Source of the DNA: Candidatus Multivorans sp.
GTDB lineage: Bacteria > Acidobacteriota > Thermoanaerobaculia > Multivoradales > Multivoraceae
DNA length: 64,000 bases
NCBI GenBank assembly: GCA_965224025.1
Contig: OZ245033.1
Coordinates: forward strand, 4,256,001-4,320,000
Reading direction: 5' to 3'
Position numbers and translations under genes: made by a program. The notes under the pieces are model-generated. The model made no database searches. It had not been told where the DNA came from and worked only from the letters and a program-made list of their open reading frames with translations. The first letter of the stretch is position 1. Each line of letters opens with the position of its first letter. Below, one piece after another: positions 10,467 to 20,074 of this stretch.

Positions 10467-11708
10467 TCACGCCTTCACCGGATACCTACTCTCCACGTAC
10501 TCCGCCACGATCCGGGTGAACTGTTCCGACAGTTCCCCCGCGGTGCCGCGGAGCGTCGTGAACTGCCGGCCGTCGACGTAGACCGGGCAGGTCGGCGCTT
10601 CGCCGGTGCCGGGCAGCGAGATGCCGATGTCGGCGGCCTTCGACTCGCCCGGGCCGTTGACGACGCAGCCCATGACCGCGAGCTTCAGTTCCTCGACGCC
10701 CTCGTAGCGGCCGCGCCATTCGGGCATCCGGGCGTCGATGAAGTCCTCGACATGCAGGGCGAGTTCCTGGAATGTCGTGCTGGTCGTGCGGCCGCAGCCG
10801 GGGCAGGCGGTGACGCTGGGCGCGAAGGCGCGCAGTCCCAGCGCCTGCAGGAGCTCCCGGCAGGCGTGGACCTCCTCGCGGCGGTCGCCGCCGGGGCGCG
10901 GGGTCAGGGAAACGCGGATCGTGTCACCAATGCCCTCGGCCAGCAGGACGGACATCGCCGATGACGACCACACCAGGCCCTTGAGCCCCATGCCGGCCTC
11001 GGTCAGGCCGAGGTGAAGCGGCTGCGCCGTCCGGCTAGCCAGATCGCGGTAGACGCCGATCAGGTCCCGCGGCGAGGACATCTTGCACGAGATGACGATC
11101 TGCTCCTCGGTCAGGCCGCATTCGAGCGCCAGCTCGGTCGAGCGGAGAGCCGACAGCACCATGCACTCGCCGACGATCTCCTCCGATGTCTTGCCGAGGG
11201 CGCGCTCGGTGTTCTCCTCCATCTTCGCCACCAGCAGGTCCTGGTCGAGCGAACCGCCGTTGACTCCGATCCGCACCGGCTTGCCGAGTTTCCTCGCCAC
11301 CTCGCAGATCGCCGCGAACTGCGGGTCGCGACGGCCGCCCCGGCCGACGTTGCCGGGGTTGATCCGCAGCTTCGCCAGCGCCCGTGCACAGGCGGGATGC
11401 CGCTCGAGAAGCACATGGCCGTTGTAGTGGAAGTCACCGACCAAGGGCACGTCGCAGCCTTCCGCGTCGAGCCGCGACCGGATCTCAGGCACCGCGACCG
11501 CCGCCGCGTCAACGTTGACCGTGATCCGCACCAACTCCGAGCCGGCCTCCGCCAGCGCCAGCGCCTGGGCGGTCGTGGCGTCGACGTCCGCGGTGTCGGT
11601 GCTGGTCATCGACTGCACGACGACCGGCGCCCCGCCGCCGACGACCACGCCGCCGATGTCGACCGGGTGGGTCCGGCTACGGTGGGGTTCCTGACCGCCT
11701 GTCGTCAT
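10467..11708 (-). CDS. ispG: (E)-4-hydroxy-3-methylbut-2-enyl-diphosphate synthase
   Basis: [56 protein letters not shown] and [11 protein letters not shown] (4Fe-4S ligands). Confidence 0.97.
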   Translation of the reverse strand: MTTGGQEPHRSRTHPVDIGGVVVGGGAPVVVQSMTSTDTADVDATTAQALALAEAGSELVRITVNVDAAAVAVPEIRSRLDAEGCDVPLVGDFHYNGHVLLERHPACARALAKLRINPGNVGRGGRRDPQFAAICEVARKLGKPVRIGVNGGSLDQDLLVAKMEENTERALGKTSEEIVGECMVLSALRSTELALECGLTEEQIVISCKMSSPRDLIGVYRDLASRTAQPLHLGLTEAGMGLKGLVWSSSAMSVLLAEGIGDTIRVSLTPRPGGDRREEVHACRELLQALGLRAFAPSVTACPGCGRTTSTTFQELALHVEDFIDARMPEWRGRYEGVEELKLAVMGCVVNGPGESKAADIGISLPGTGEAPTCPVYVDGRQFTTLRGTAGELSEQFTRIVAEYVESRYPVKA

Positions 11709-11787
11709 CAACGAGGCGGCCCGGGCAACCGGGTCAGCGACGCACTCGCCGACCGGCCGCGCTCCGCCTCTCGCGGCGCGGTTCGCT

Positions 11788-11880
11788 TCACGCCAGCTTC
11801 AGGCCGGTAGCCGCAAACCGGCTGAAGTCGCCTCTGTTGGACGTTGCGATAGCCGCGCCGTCCGTATCCAGATGAATCAC
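11788..11880 (-). pseudogene. Internally deleted vapC (30-codon remnant)
   Basis: Manual translation [30 protein letters not shown]: PIN N-terminal motif joined directly to the C-terminal T.N..DF.RF motif; 5 nt downstream of the antitoxin. Confidence 0.7.
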
Positions 11881-11885
11881 CGTGG

Positions 11886-12161
11886 CTAGGAGGCGCGCCG
11901 TTGGCCGGCCGCCTGCCGCCCGGACTCCACATCTCGCGCCCACTGCTCGAGATCGACATTGCGCGCGCGCAGCGACGCCTGAAGCTGGTCCAAGGCTGCT
12001 ACCGCGTCTTCACACTGAGCGGGCTGCCGGCGAGCTTCATTCCGGATCGCTCGGCGCAACGCCTCCGTTCTTGGAACCTGCAACTGACGGGCCAGATCCT
12101 CGGGCGCACGCACGGACTCGACGTCGAGCGAGTAGGTCGACTTGATTGTCACGGTGGCCAT
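11886..12161 (-). CDS. CopG/ribbon-helix-helix VapB-like antitoxin
   Basis: MATVTIKSTYSLDVESVRAPEDLARQLQVPRTEALRRAIR (RHH pattern) with a C-terminal WARDVESGR tail; upstream of the vapC remnant. Confidence 0.7.
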   Translation of the reverse strand: MATVTIKSTYSLDVESVRAPEDLARQLQVPRTEALRRAIRNEARRQPAQCEDAVAALDQLQASLRARNVDLEQWARDVESGRQAAGQRRAS

Positions 12162-12179
12162 ATGAGGAGTATGGCCGTA

Positions 12180-12217
12180 ACTCTCCGTGGCCGTCAAGAC
12201 TCTCCGTGGCCGTCAAG
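12180..12217. repeat. 19-bp tandem direct repeat (2 copies plus a partial)
   Basis: ACTCTCCGTGGCCGTCAAG x2, preceded by a partial TGGCCGTAA; about 20 nt upstream of the antitoxin start. Confidence 0.85.
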
Positions 12218-12251
12218 CCGAATCCAACGCTGCGTTCTGGCCGCGTTTCCC

Positions 12252-12469
12252 TGCCGCTCGAGAAGCACATGGCCGTTGCAGTGGAAGTCACCGACCAGGG
12301 GCACGTCGCAGCCCTCCGCGTCGAGTCTGGCGCGAATCTCCGGCACCCCGACAGCCGCCGCGTCGACGTTCACGGTGATCCGAACCGGCTCCGAGCCGGC
12401 CTCCGCCAGCGCCAGCGCCTGGGCGGTCGTGGCGTCGACGGCCGCGGTGCCGGTGCTGGTCATCGACTG
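12252..12469 (-). pseudogene. 218-bp diverged duplicate of the 5' part of ispG
   Basis: Colinear without indels with 11398-11615; about 20 mismatches by manual count (~91% identity). Confidence 0.9.
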
Positions 12470-13214
12470 GCCGGGTCATCCCCGATGGAGTAGTGACGCT
12501 CCATCCGATGGTCGAACTGGACAGGCTGCATGACGGTGACGGCGAGCCAGCCGATGTGCATCTCCAACTGGAGGAAGACGAGTTCCGCACCTGGAGTTGG
12601 TAGCCGGTGATCGGAACCGACGACGTCGGCACCGTCCATCCCAGGCTCTGGTTCGTCACGTTGACAGAGCCGGTCAGCGACGGCGCTCCCGGCTCAGCCG
12701 GAGGAAGCACTGTCGCACTGAACGAATCCGAGGCTGTGGCGCTAGCGCTATCCGTCACAGTGTAGGTAATCTCCCGGTCCATCTCCTTCTTCACGTCGGA
12801 GCAGACTCCTTCACGAACGCGAAGGCCCCGCCGAACGCAGCACTCAGATCGACGATGGCTTGCCCAGAATCGGTAGCCAAAAATCCGATGTCTCGGGAGA
12901 GTCCAGGTGATAATCATCCTGTCCCCTCGGCAGTACGACGCCTTGGGCGGCATGGTCATCTCTTGAATACCGACTTCTTCCAGCGACCCGAACCTCTTCA
13001 GGAAGCCGTTGCGCGATCACTCAAGAGCTGCTCTGAGGTCGGGATGAATGCTCTCCGATATCGAGCCGTCCGGCTTCAGGGCTACGGACGCGGAGGTCCG
13101 GTCGTTGCCCCATTCCCATTGTCCGATTGTCTGCGGATGGTCCTGGCCGGATAGCGGCATCGCCAGCGCGATCAACGCTCCGAGCGCAACTGAGGTCGTC
13201 CTTCTTCTTCCCAT
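12470..13214 (-). pseudogene. Mosaic remnant: secreted-protein N-terminus plus fibronectin-III/Ig-like surface-protein fragment
   Basis: Signal-like MGRRRTTSVALGALIALAMPLSG interrupted by TGA at 13017-13019; downstream ITYTVTDS...PGAPSLTGSV...LGWTVPTSSVPITGYQLQVR (FN3-like) abuts the ispG fragment. Confidence 0.5.
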
Positions 13215-13434
13215 ACGCTCCTCCACGGTGGTTGGGTTCGAGCCGTTCTGAATCTCATCGATGCCACCAAGCACTGGCCCCATGCGGCTCCGGCCGTCCG
13301 GGATTGGGATCGCTCGCAGGTCCATTGGACCACTAGGCTGTGTACGCTCAGGTACGTTCTCGCCGGTCCAGGGACAGTCTGGAACTTCCCAGTAGTCAGC
13401 CCAACACCCGCCACAGATCCTTGGAGGAGGAGGC

Positions 13435-13584
13435 GAGCCCTCGTCGCAGTCGATCCGTAACTGGGTGGCCCAAGCGGACCGTGATGCCGGCCGGCGCGGC
13501 GACGGCATGGCCAGCGCGGAGCGCGAGGAGTTGCGCCGGCTGCGGCGCGAGAACCGTCGGTTGCGCGAGGAGCGGGAGATCCTG
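13435..13584 (+). mobile_element. IS3-family transposase OrfA fragment
   Basis: Manual translation EPSSQSIRNWVAQADRDAGRRGDGMASAEREELRRLRRENRRLREEREIL, the typical IS3 OrfA HTH/leucine-zipper end. Confidence 0.8.
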
Positions 13585-13636
13585 GTCCCGTCACCCGAAT
13601 AGACGCCACTTCACTGGCTGCTAGGATGCGCGCTCC

Positions 13637-16600
13637 ATGCGCCGTGCGACCGCCAAGGAGAATCGCGCGCCGCAGGGGAAGCGCGGTCCAGTCGGTTGGA
13701 TGCCGGCGGCGCACGTCATCGGCCTATGGGCTTTTGCCGTGGCCCAACCGATTCTTGATCTGATCGGCAGAGAACCGGGCTTCCTACTGGCCCACCGTCT
13801 GACCGGGCTTCCGCTCACCGGCCTAGCTCTTGGATTGGCCCTCGGAGTGCCGTTGCTACTGGTGACGCCACTGGCCTTTCCAACCTTCCGCGGCAACCGC
13901 GCCGGGCGCCTTTGGGCAGACGGAACTAGGACGATCCTGGCCGGGACGTTCATTCTCCAACTGCTCCACTGGCTACCGGGCGCAGCGGCTCTGATCCTGG
14001 CTATCGCCGGCGGCGCGACCTTGGTCTTGGGCCTGCGGCGATACCAGGGATTCTCCACTCTCTTCGCCATCACGGCGGTGGCGGCGGTCGTCGCGCCGAT
14101 CGTATTCCTGCTCAGGCCGGGTGTTCGCGGGCTCCTCCCGACAACTTCCGAGAGCAACTACGAGCCTGTCGCGGCTATAGCCGAAGCGCCTGAGATCAAG
14201 GCCGATGTGCCGATCGTCTTCCTCGTCTTCGACGAGTTGCCGACAAGTTCGCTTCAACTGCCCAACGGCTCGATCAACGAGCATCGCTATCCTTCCTTCG
14301 CCCGCCTTGCGGCCAGTTCCGATTGGTACCCGCGAGCCACGACTACGGCCATTCAGACCGACAGGGCCATCCCCTCATTGCTAACCGGCAACCTGCCGCA
14401 GCGGCAGGGGAGCGCGCACTATCGCGACCACCCCGCGAACCTCTTCACGTGGTTGGGGCAAGGCGGCTACAGGATCGTCGCGTACGAGGCGTTCGGACTT
14501 CTGTGTCCACCGGCCATCTGTGCCGGCCCACCGCTGACGAGCCCCTGGGAACGCCTCACCGCCGCAGCAGACGACCTCAGCGTCGTTTATGGCCACCTGC
14601 TGTTGCCACCGACGTTACGCACTGGCCTGCCGGACGTGAACCAGACCTGGACCGGGTTCCGCGACGCAGGTCGAGTCGGCGAAGATGTCACGGACACCGG
14701 TGGCAGGGGGTTACACCAAAACGTAACGCGTGTCGTCGAGAGCTTCCTTTCCCGGATTGAACACCACCGACGCGGCAGGCCGACGCTCTACTACCTCCAT
14801 GTGAACCTTCCCCATGTTCCCTGGCGATACCTTCCTTCAGGTCGAGAGTACGTCCCCATCGGAGCACCCGTCGTTCCCGCCGGCATCGACGCCTCACTAC
14901 TTCCGGCCAAGGAATGGCCAACCGTACAGGCGTTACAACGCCATCTGCTCCAAGTGGGATATGCCGACCGTGTGCTGGGCCAGATCCTCGATCGCCTCCG
15001 GAACACCGAACTCTATGATCGCGCCCTGATCGTCGCCACAGCCGATCATGGTTGTAGTTTCCGTCCCCGCGTACATCGGCGTGCGGTGACGGAAGCGAAC
15101 GTCGAGGACCAGTTGGAAGTACCGTTGTTCGTCAAACGCCCTGGACAAAGCGAGGGCACTATCCACAAACACGCCGTCAGGACGATCGACATCGTGCCAA
15201 CAATCGCCAGCACCCTCGGCGGTGCCGAGCCGCCGTGGGAAGTCGACGGCATGGACCTTGCGGACACATCGCCACGCGAGATCATCGCGTGCTGCTTTCC
15301 GCCGCCCGTACCTCCCTCGCGTAGCTTCCCTACTGATCCCGAACGCCGCCAGGAGACTCTCGATCGCCTCGACCGACTCTTTGGCGATGGTGCCGTCAAC
15401 GATTCGGATCCCCCGCCCCCCACGTCCGCAACTGGGATTCGTGGTGCACAACCAACCGCGGCGACACCCCTGGATTCGCCTGATCCCTTCGACGGTGTCT
15501 TCGCCGCTGGTCCGCGTCCGGATCTTCTCGGTAAGCCCGTCGCCGACTTCAGCAGCGACAACGACGACGAGGAATCCGCCCCCTACCGCGCCCTGATCAC
15601 GGCACCACACTCCTACAACGACGTAAGGCCCGAGGGTGGCTTTGTACCGAGCCTTGTCACCGGACGGCTCGAGCCCGGGAGTGCCGACGGTACGAGACTG
15701 GCAGTCGCCGTGGATGGGATCGTGCGAGCCACGACCGAGACCTTCTCTAACCGCGGAGTCAGCCAGTTTTCGGCGCTGGTCCAAGAGCGGTGGCTGACTG
15801 CCGGTAGCCGTCAGATCGGCGTTCATGCAATTGACGACGCACCAAGAGGCGATGGCAGAACGATACTGCGACGGTTGTCGGGCATCGAGTCGCCGCCACG
15901 CCTCTTGACCGAGAACGGCAGGGTCCAGGGCGTGGCCCTGCCCGGGGACGAGTTGATCCGGCGAGTCGACGGTCTCTTCAGGATGAACGTCGAGGTTGAC
16001 CGCACCAGTTTCCGTGGCTTCCTGATCCACGCTCCTGACGAGCCGCCCCCGGCACTGGACGAGTTCTTCTTGTTCGACGGTTCCATACTCCTCTTTCGAG
16101 GCGTGGACGACCAGGTTCAGCGCCACGAGAGAACACGCGGCGATGGTCAGATCGAAATCACGTTCCGAATCTTCATTCCGGCAGCGATTGCCGAGCGGGC
16201 CGACTCTCTTCGCCTGCTGGCCAGGAGCGGCGATCAGTTGCAGGATGTCTCCCCGTCAACGAATTTGCCAGGGATGTTTGAACTCTCCTGGAACGATCAG
16301 GACAGGGTCGATGTGCTGCTTCGTCGGCCGTGGAACCTCTTCGACGCCGAGCCCGAACGGATCGAAATCGTCTCAAGCCGCGATGGGATCGTCGGCTTCC
16401 TTGGCGCTCAAAGCGAAGACCGTGCGACTGTCCCAGGCTGGGTGACCGATCTCAAGAATCCGGGAAGCACTCTCGAGGTAGTCGCGTTCCTCGCTGGCCG
16501 CCAGATCTGGATCGACAACGTGAAGTTCCCGAGACGCGATGTAGTGAGGCGTTATGGCCCTGAGCACCGTGTCAGTGGATTCAAGCTCTTTGACAACTTA

Positions 16601-17179
16601 CGCCTGGTGGCAGGCTCGCGCAATGAACTGACGGAGGAGGACATCGACGCGCTCCGCCGAGAGGGCGTCCTCGTCTACGCCGTCTCGCCCCGGGGAATCG
16701 CCACTCGAGTGCGCTTCCAGTACCGCCCTCTCCTAAGCCGGACGAGGAACCTTGAAACGCTCCCCGTCACCGACGGCCGCCTGCTCAACGTGCGACTTCC
16801 AGGCGACGGTTTCGACGGTGCGATCGACCTGGTCGCCAAGCAGGTAAACCGTACGCTGATCGAGGGCTGGGCCGCCGATCTCGAGCGAGGGGAGGGGCCA
16901 CGCCAGATCGCCCTCTACCGGGACGGGAGGTTCCTCGCCAGCGTCGGTGCGAATCGGGAACGTCCCGACATCGTCGAACACCACGGAGACGAACGACTAC
17001 TGCGTACGGGTTTCCGCGGGCGGATACCTGGAGCGCTGGAACCGGAGGAGTTCGCCGACCGCCACCGGGTATTCGCGATCATGCTCCGAGGCGCTGCAGT
17101 AGAACTGCAACTGCAAACAGGCGCCGTCGCAACGAATCCGGGCTCGGGGGGTGCCAATGGGACTCCACAACCGAAGTAA
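13637..17179 (+). CDS. Membrane-anchored alkaline-phosphatase-superfamily protein (LtaS/EptA/sulfatase-like) with C-terminal repeated Ig-like modules
   Basis: About 5 N-terminal TM helices; VFLVFDELP, QTDRAIPSLLTG (Thr at the nucleophile position), HVNLPHVPW, ATADHG, VPLFVK, RTIDIVPTI; C-terminal GW..D...R.DV...SGF modules. Confidence 0.8.
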   Translation: MRRATAKENRAPQGKRGPVGWMPAAHVIGLWAFAVAQPILDLIGREPGFLLAHRLTGLPLTGLALGLALGVPLLLVTPLAFPTFRGNRAGRLWADGTRTILAGTFILQLLHWLPGAAALILAIAGGATLVLGLRRYQGFSTLFAITAVAAVVAPIVFLLRPGVRGLLPTTSESNYEPVAAIAEAPEIKADVPIVFLVFDELPTSSLQLPNGSINEHRYPSFARLAASSDWYPRATTTAIQTDRAIPSLLTGNLPQRQGSAHYRDHPANLFTWLGQGGYRIVAYEAFGLLCPPAICAGPPLTSPWERLTAAADDLSVVYGHLLLPPTLRTGLPDVNQTWTGFRDAGRVGEDVTDTGGRGLHQNVTRVVESFLSRIEHHRRGRPTLYYLHVNLPHVPWRYLPSGREYVPIGAPVVPAGIDASLLPAKEWPTVQALQRHLLQVGYADRVLGQILDRLRNTELYDRALIVATADHGCSFRPRVHRRAVTEANVEDQLEVPLFVKRPGQSEGTIHKHAVRTIDIVPTIASTLGGAEPPWEVDGMDLADTSPREIIACCFPPPVPPSRSFPTDPERRQETLDRLDRLFGDGAVNDSDPPPPTSATGIRGAQPTAATPLDSPDPFDGVFAAGPRPDLLGKPVADFSSDNDDEESAPYRALITAPHSYNDVRPEGGFVPSLVTGRLEPGSADGTRLAVAVDGIVRATTETFSNRGVSQFSALVQERWLTAGSRQIGVHAIDDAPRGDGRTILRRLSGIESPPRLLTENGRVQGVALPGDELIRRVDGLFRMNVEVDRTSFRGFLIHAPDEPPPALDEFFLFDGSILLFRGVDDQVQRHERTRGDGQIEITFRIFIPAAIAERADSLRLLARSGDQLQDVSPSTNLPGMFELSWNDQDRVDVLLRRPWNLFDAEPERIEIVSSRDGIVGFLGAQSEDRATVPGWVTDLKNPGSTLEVVAFLAGRQIWIDNVKFPRRDVVRRYGPEHRVSGFKLFDNLRLVAGSRNELTEEDIDALRREGVLVYAVSPRGIATRVRFQYRPLLSRTRNLETLPVTDGRLLNVRLPGDGFDGAIDLVAKQVNRTLIEGWAADLERGEGPRQIALYRDGRFLASVGANRERPDIVEHHGDERLLRTGFRGRIPGALEPEEFADRHRVFAIMLRGAAVELQLQTGAVATNPGSGGANGTPQPK

Positions 17180-17190
17180 CACGCTTCCGC

Positions 17191-19626
17191 ATGCCAGATC
17201 ACCCTTCCTCGCGCCCCCGCGCCAGCTCTCACCCGCTCGCTGACCCAAGTCGGCCTGGGCATCAGCGTCAGCTTCTCGGCTGGATGGTCTTTGCTCTGTT
17301 CGGGATCTGGTTCGCTTGGGGCGCGATTTCGACCTTCGCCCGCTGGATCCAATTCGAGGACCAACTGATTGTCCTGCGCTATGCCAGGAATCTCGTTGAG
17401 GGGAATGGTCTCGTCTACAACTTCGGCGAGCGAGTCCAAGGATTCACCACGCCCCTCTTTACGCTGCTCAGCGCGGTCCCCGCAGCTATTGGCGGTGAAC
17501 ACGCACCGGCCTGGCAAAACACGTTCGGCGTGTTCTGCATCATCGGTACGTCAGCGATGGCGGTCAGACTGCTCCTCCGGGCCGCCGCCGGAGCAGCGGC
17601 GCCTCTGGCCGTCGCGCTGATTGCGTTCTTCTCTCTCGAGGGGGAGACGGCACTCTACCTGGGCATGGAGGTGCATCTCTTCGCCTTCCTGCTCCTACTG
17701 GCGTTGGATCTGCATCTCAGGGGTCGGCCTACGCTCGCCGCCGTCGTCTCTGGACTTCTCTTCCTGACCAGACCCGAGGGTGCCCTACTTACCGTGATAC
17801 TCCTCAGTCACAACTGGTTCACGACGCAGCGACTGCCACTGCGAGAGGCTATCGCGGCACTCGCCACGGTCGCACCGTGGCTGCTCTTCGCCGGCTTCTA
17901 CTACGGGAGCCCGGTGACGTCGACTCTTCAGGCGAAACTGGGCCTCAACTCCCCGTGGGACTACGCGGTTGGCTTCGCCGCCTTTCAGGCTCAGCAGGCT
18001 CGAGGCTTTGTCGAGATCTACACTGGACCACTTCCTTCGACGGGCATCTTCGTCGCCAGCCTCTTGCTCCTGCCTCTGGCTGCGGTGGCCATCGGCGCCG
18101 TTGTCCTCATGAGACGGCGTCCGGAGTTCTGGCCTCTGTTGGCCTTTCCGCTTGTCTGGTTTGCCGGCTTTGCCGCCATCGGGCCGCCAGTGGAGCACAA
18201 GTGGCACTACTTCTTCATCAACAGCTTGGCGGCCGTTCTGATCTCCGCCGGCCTCCACGCCACCCTCCTGAGGATTACCAGACTCGCTGCCGACAACATC
18301 CCGGTCATCCGTCGCTTGAGCGCTCTAGGCCCACTCGTGGGACGACGAAGCGGTCACGCGGCAGTCGCCGCTGTCGGAGTTTGGTTAGTGACGCTGCCCC
18401 TTCTTCTCTCCACCGGCAATCGGCTTGCGGCCGCCCCCAAGACCGCCCCGCAGCAAGCTGATCCGCGGGCCGCACCGGGTCCCTGGCTCCGTGAGCGGTA
18501 CGACAGATCCACATCAATCCTGGCCCGCGAGATCGGTTTCCTAGGCTGGCAAAGTCGGCTTCGCATCATCGACGGTGCCGGTCTTGTCACTCCAGGACTT
18601 CGTTGGGACACAGCGCGAATCGAGATCCTCGAGCGATACATGCCTGACCTGGTGTTGCTGCAAGCAGCCGCCGACCAACCGCGCGACCGCCCCTGGATGT
18701 ACCGTCGGATAGAGAACTTCAGCGGATCCGCCGATTACAATCTCTACTCGCGGGTCGACCCACCGTTTCTCTACGAGCCGCTACGTGACCCCGGCGGTCC
18801 GATCAACGGCCTTCTTCGACGTCCCGTCGACGACGCGACGGTGGTGCCCACACGGACTTCTGTGGTCAGATCACAAGAGATCAGGGGAATCCTGGACACG
18901 ACCACAATCGAGTCGCTCACACCAAGAACCGATCTCGCCGATGTCACTCTCAGCGGATGGGCGATCGACACGGCCAGCACTGCAACGGTAGACACCGTGG
19001 TTGCGGTCATCGATGGCGGGAACATCGCCAGCACGACCGTAGCTCTTCCTCGGCGGCCTGATGTCGCAGGTCTCCTGGGGCGCGAGTTCGAGTACAGCGG
19101 CTTCGTTCTCAGAGCCAAGGCGGACAGGGAGCAGATCGAACGCGACGGAGTCGCGGTCTATGCGGTGTCCAACCGGGGCCTTGCCATTCGGCTTCCTTTC
19201 AGTTACTTGGCGCTTGCCGGTACCGGCAACAACGAAGTCCTGTCTACGACCGACGGCCGTCGCCTTGCCGTGCAACCCACCGGCCGCGACCTCTTCGAGG
19301 GAGCGATCGATCTTGTCAGCAAGCCGGGGAGCCGCACGCTGATCGAGGGATGGGCCGCAGATCTTCAACGTGGAGAGCGGCCTCGCCAGATCGTCGTCTA
19401 TCGCGAAGGCCAGTACCTGTTCGCCATGGGCGCCAATCGCGAACGTCCGGACGTTGCCGAACATCACGCCGACCCACGTCTGCTCCGCACTGGTTTCCGC
19501 GGCGCCGTACCGGGAGCACCCGAGCCGGCGACTTTCGCCAAGCGCCATCGCGTGTTCGCGCTGATGGCGCGTGGCGCCGCTGTCGAGTTGCGGATCAACG
19601 GACCGGAAACGGCGCCCGGCAACTAG
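17191..19626 (+). CDS. GT-C-fold membrane glycosyltransferase (AftB/PMT-like) with C-terminal Ig-like modules
   Basis: FEDQLIVLRYARNLVEGNGLVYNFGERVQGFTTPL, GME, LTRPEG, YYG, EIGFLGW...IIDGAGLVTP; many TM helices. Confidence 0.8.
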   Translation: MPDHPSSRPRASSHPLADPSRPGHQRQLLGWMVFALFGIWFAWGAISTFARWIQFEDQLIVLRYARNLVEGNGLVYNFGERVQGFTTPLFTLLSAVPAAIGGEHAPAWQNTFGVFCIIGTSAMAVRLLLRAAAGAAAPLAVALIAFFSLEGETALYLGMEVHLFAFLLLLALDLHLRGRPTLAAVVSGLLFLTRPEGALLTVILLSHNWFTTQRLPLREAIAALATVAPWLLFAGFYYGSPVTSTLQAKLGLNSPWDYAVGFAAFQAQQARGFVEIYTGPLPSTGIFVASLLLLPLAAVAIGAVVLMRRRPEFWPLLAFPLVWFAGFAAIGPPVEHKWHYFFINSLAAVLISAGLHATLLRITRLAADNIPVIRRLSALGPLVGRRSGHAAVAAVGVWLVTLPLLLSTGNRLAAAPKTAPQQADPRAAPGPWLRERYDRSTSILAREIGFLGWQSRLRIIDGAGLVTPGLRWDTARIEILERYMPDLVLLQAAADQPRDRPWMYRRIENFSGSADYNLYSRVDPPFLYEPLRDPGGPINGLLRRPVDDATVVPTRTSVVRSQEIRGILDTTTIESLTPRTDLADVTLSGWAIDTASTATVDTVVAVIDGGNIASTTVALPRRPDVAGLLGREFEYSGFVLRAKADREQIERDGVAVYAVSNRGLAIRLPFSYLALAGTGNNEVLSTTDGRRLAVQPTGRDLFEGAIDLVSKPGSRTLIEGWAADLQRGERPRQIVVYREGQYLFAMGANRERPDVAEHHADPRLLRTGFRGAVPGAPEPATFAKRHRVFALMARGAAVELRINGPETAPGN

Positions 19627-19639
19627 CCGATCCGGTTCC

Positions 19640-20050
19640 ATGCACGTCACAACCACCCGCGGCAACGACGACGAGTCTCGGTCTCTCTTTCGCCGCGGGG
19701 AGTGGCTCCCCGCGGTACACTTGTTCGCTCTGTGGGCTTTCGCCGTCGCACAGCCGATCTTCGATCTGGTGGGGCGGGAGCCGGACTTCCTCGTCTCCCA
19801 TCCCACCTGACCGGCGAGTCACTTGCAGCCATGGTGAACGGACTCGCACTGGGAATCCCAACATTGCTGGCGACGCCGATCCTCCTGTCCGCGTTCCGCC
19901 GCAGCCGCGCCGCGTGATCCCTGCCGTGATCGCGCCGAGTCTCCTCGATGAATCACGTCTGGTTTCGGGCAGACGTAACGAACTGACGGTCGAAGATCTT
20001 GAGACGCTCCGGCGGGAGGGCGCTCTCGTTTACGCGGTCGAGCTGCCCTA
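19640..20050 (+). pseudogene. Collapsed, internally deleted paralog of the 13637-17179 gene
   Basis: WLPAVHLFALWAFAVAQPIFDLVGREPDFL matches the paralog N-terminus; LVSGRRNELTVEDLETLRREGALVYAV matches its residues near 990; the VEL C-terminal motif follows directly. Confidence 0.85.
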
Positions 20051-20074
20051 CCTTTCGCAGCCGGCTCCGCCTCC

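Noticed and set aside
12180-12217. Short tandem repeats here and at 47887-47922 as possible CRISPR arrays
   Set aside because: Only two adjacent copies each, no spacers, and no cas genes in the window.
13017-13019. In-frame TGA between two ORFs as possible selenocysteine or recoding site
   Set aside because: No redox-motif context or evident SECIS-like hairpin; the region is a mosaic of remnants, so a nonsense mutation is simpler.
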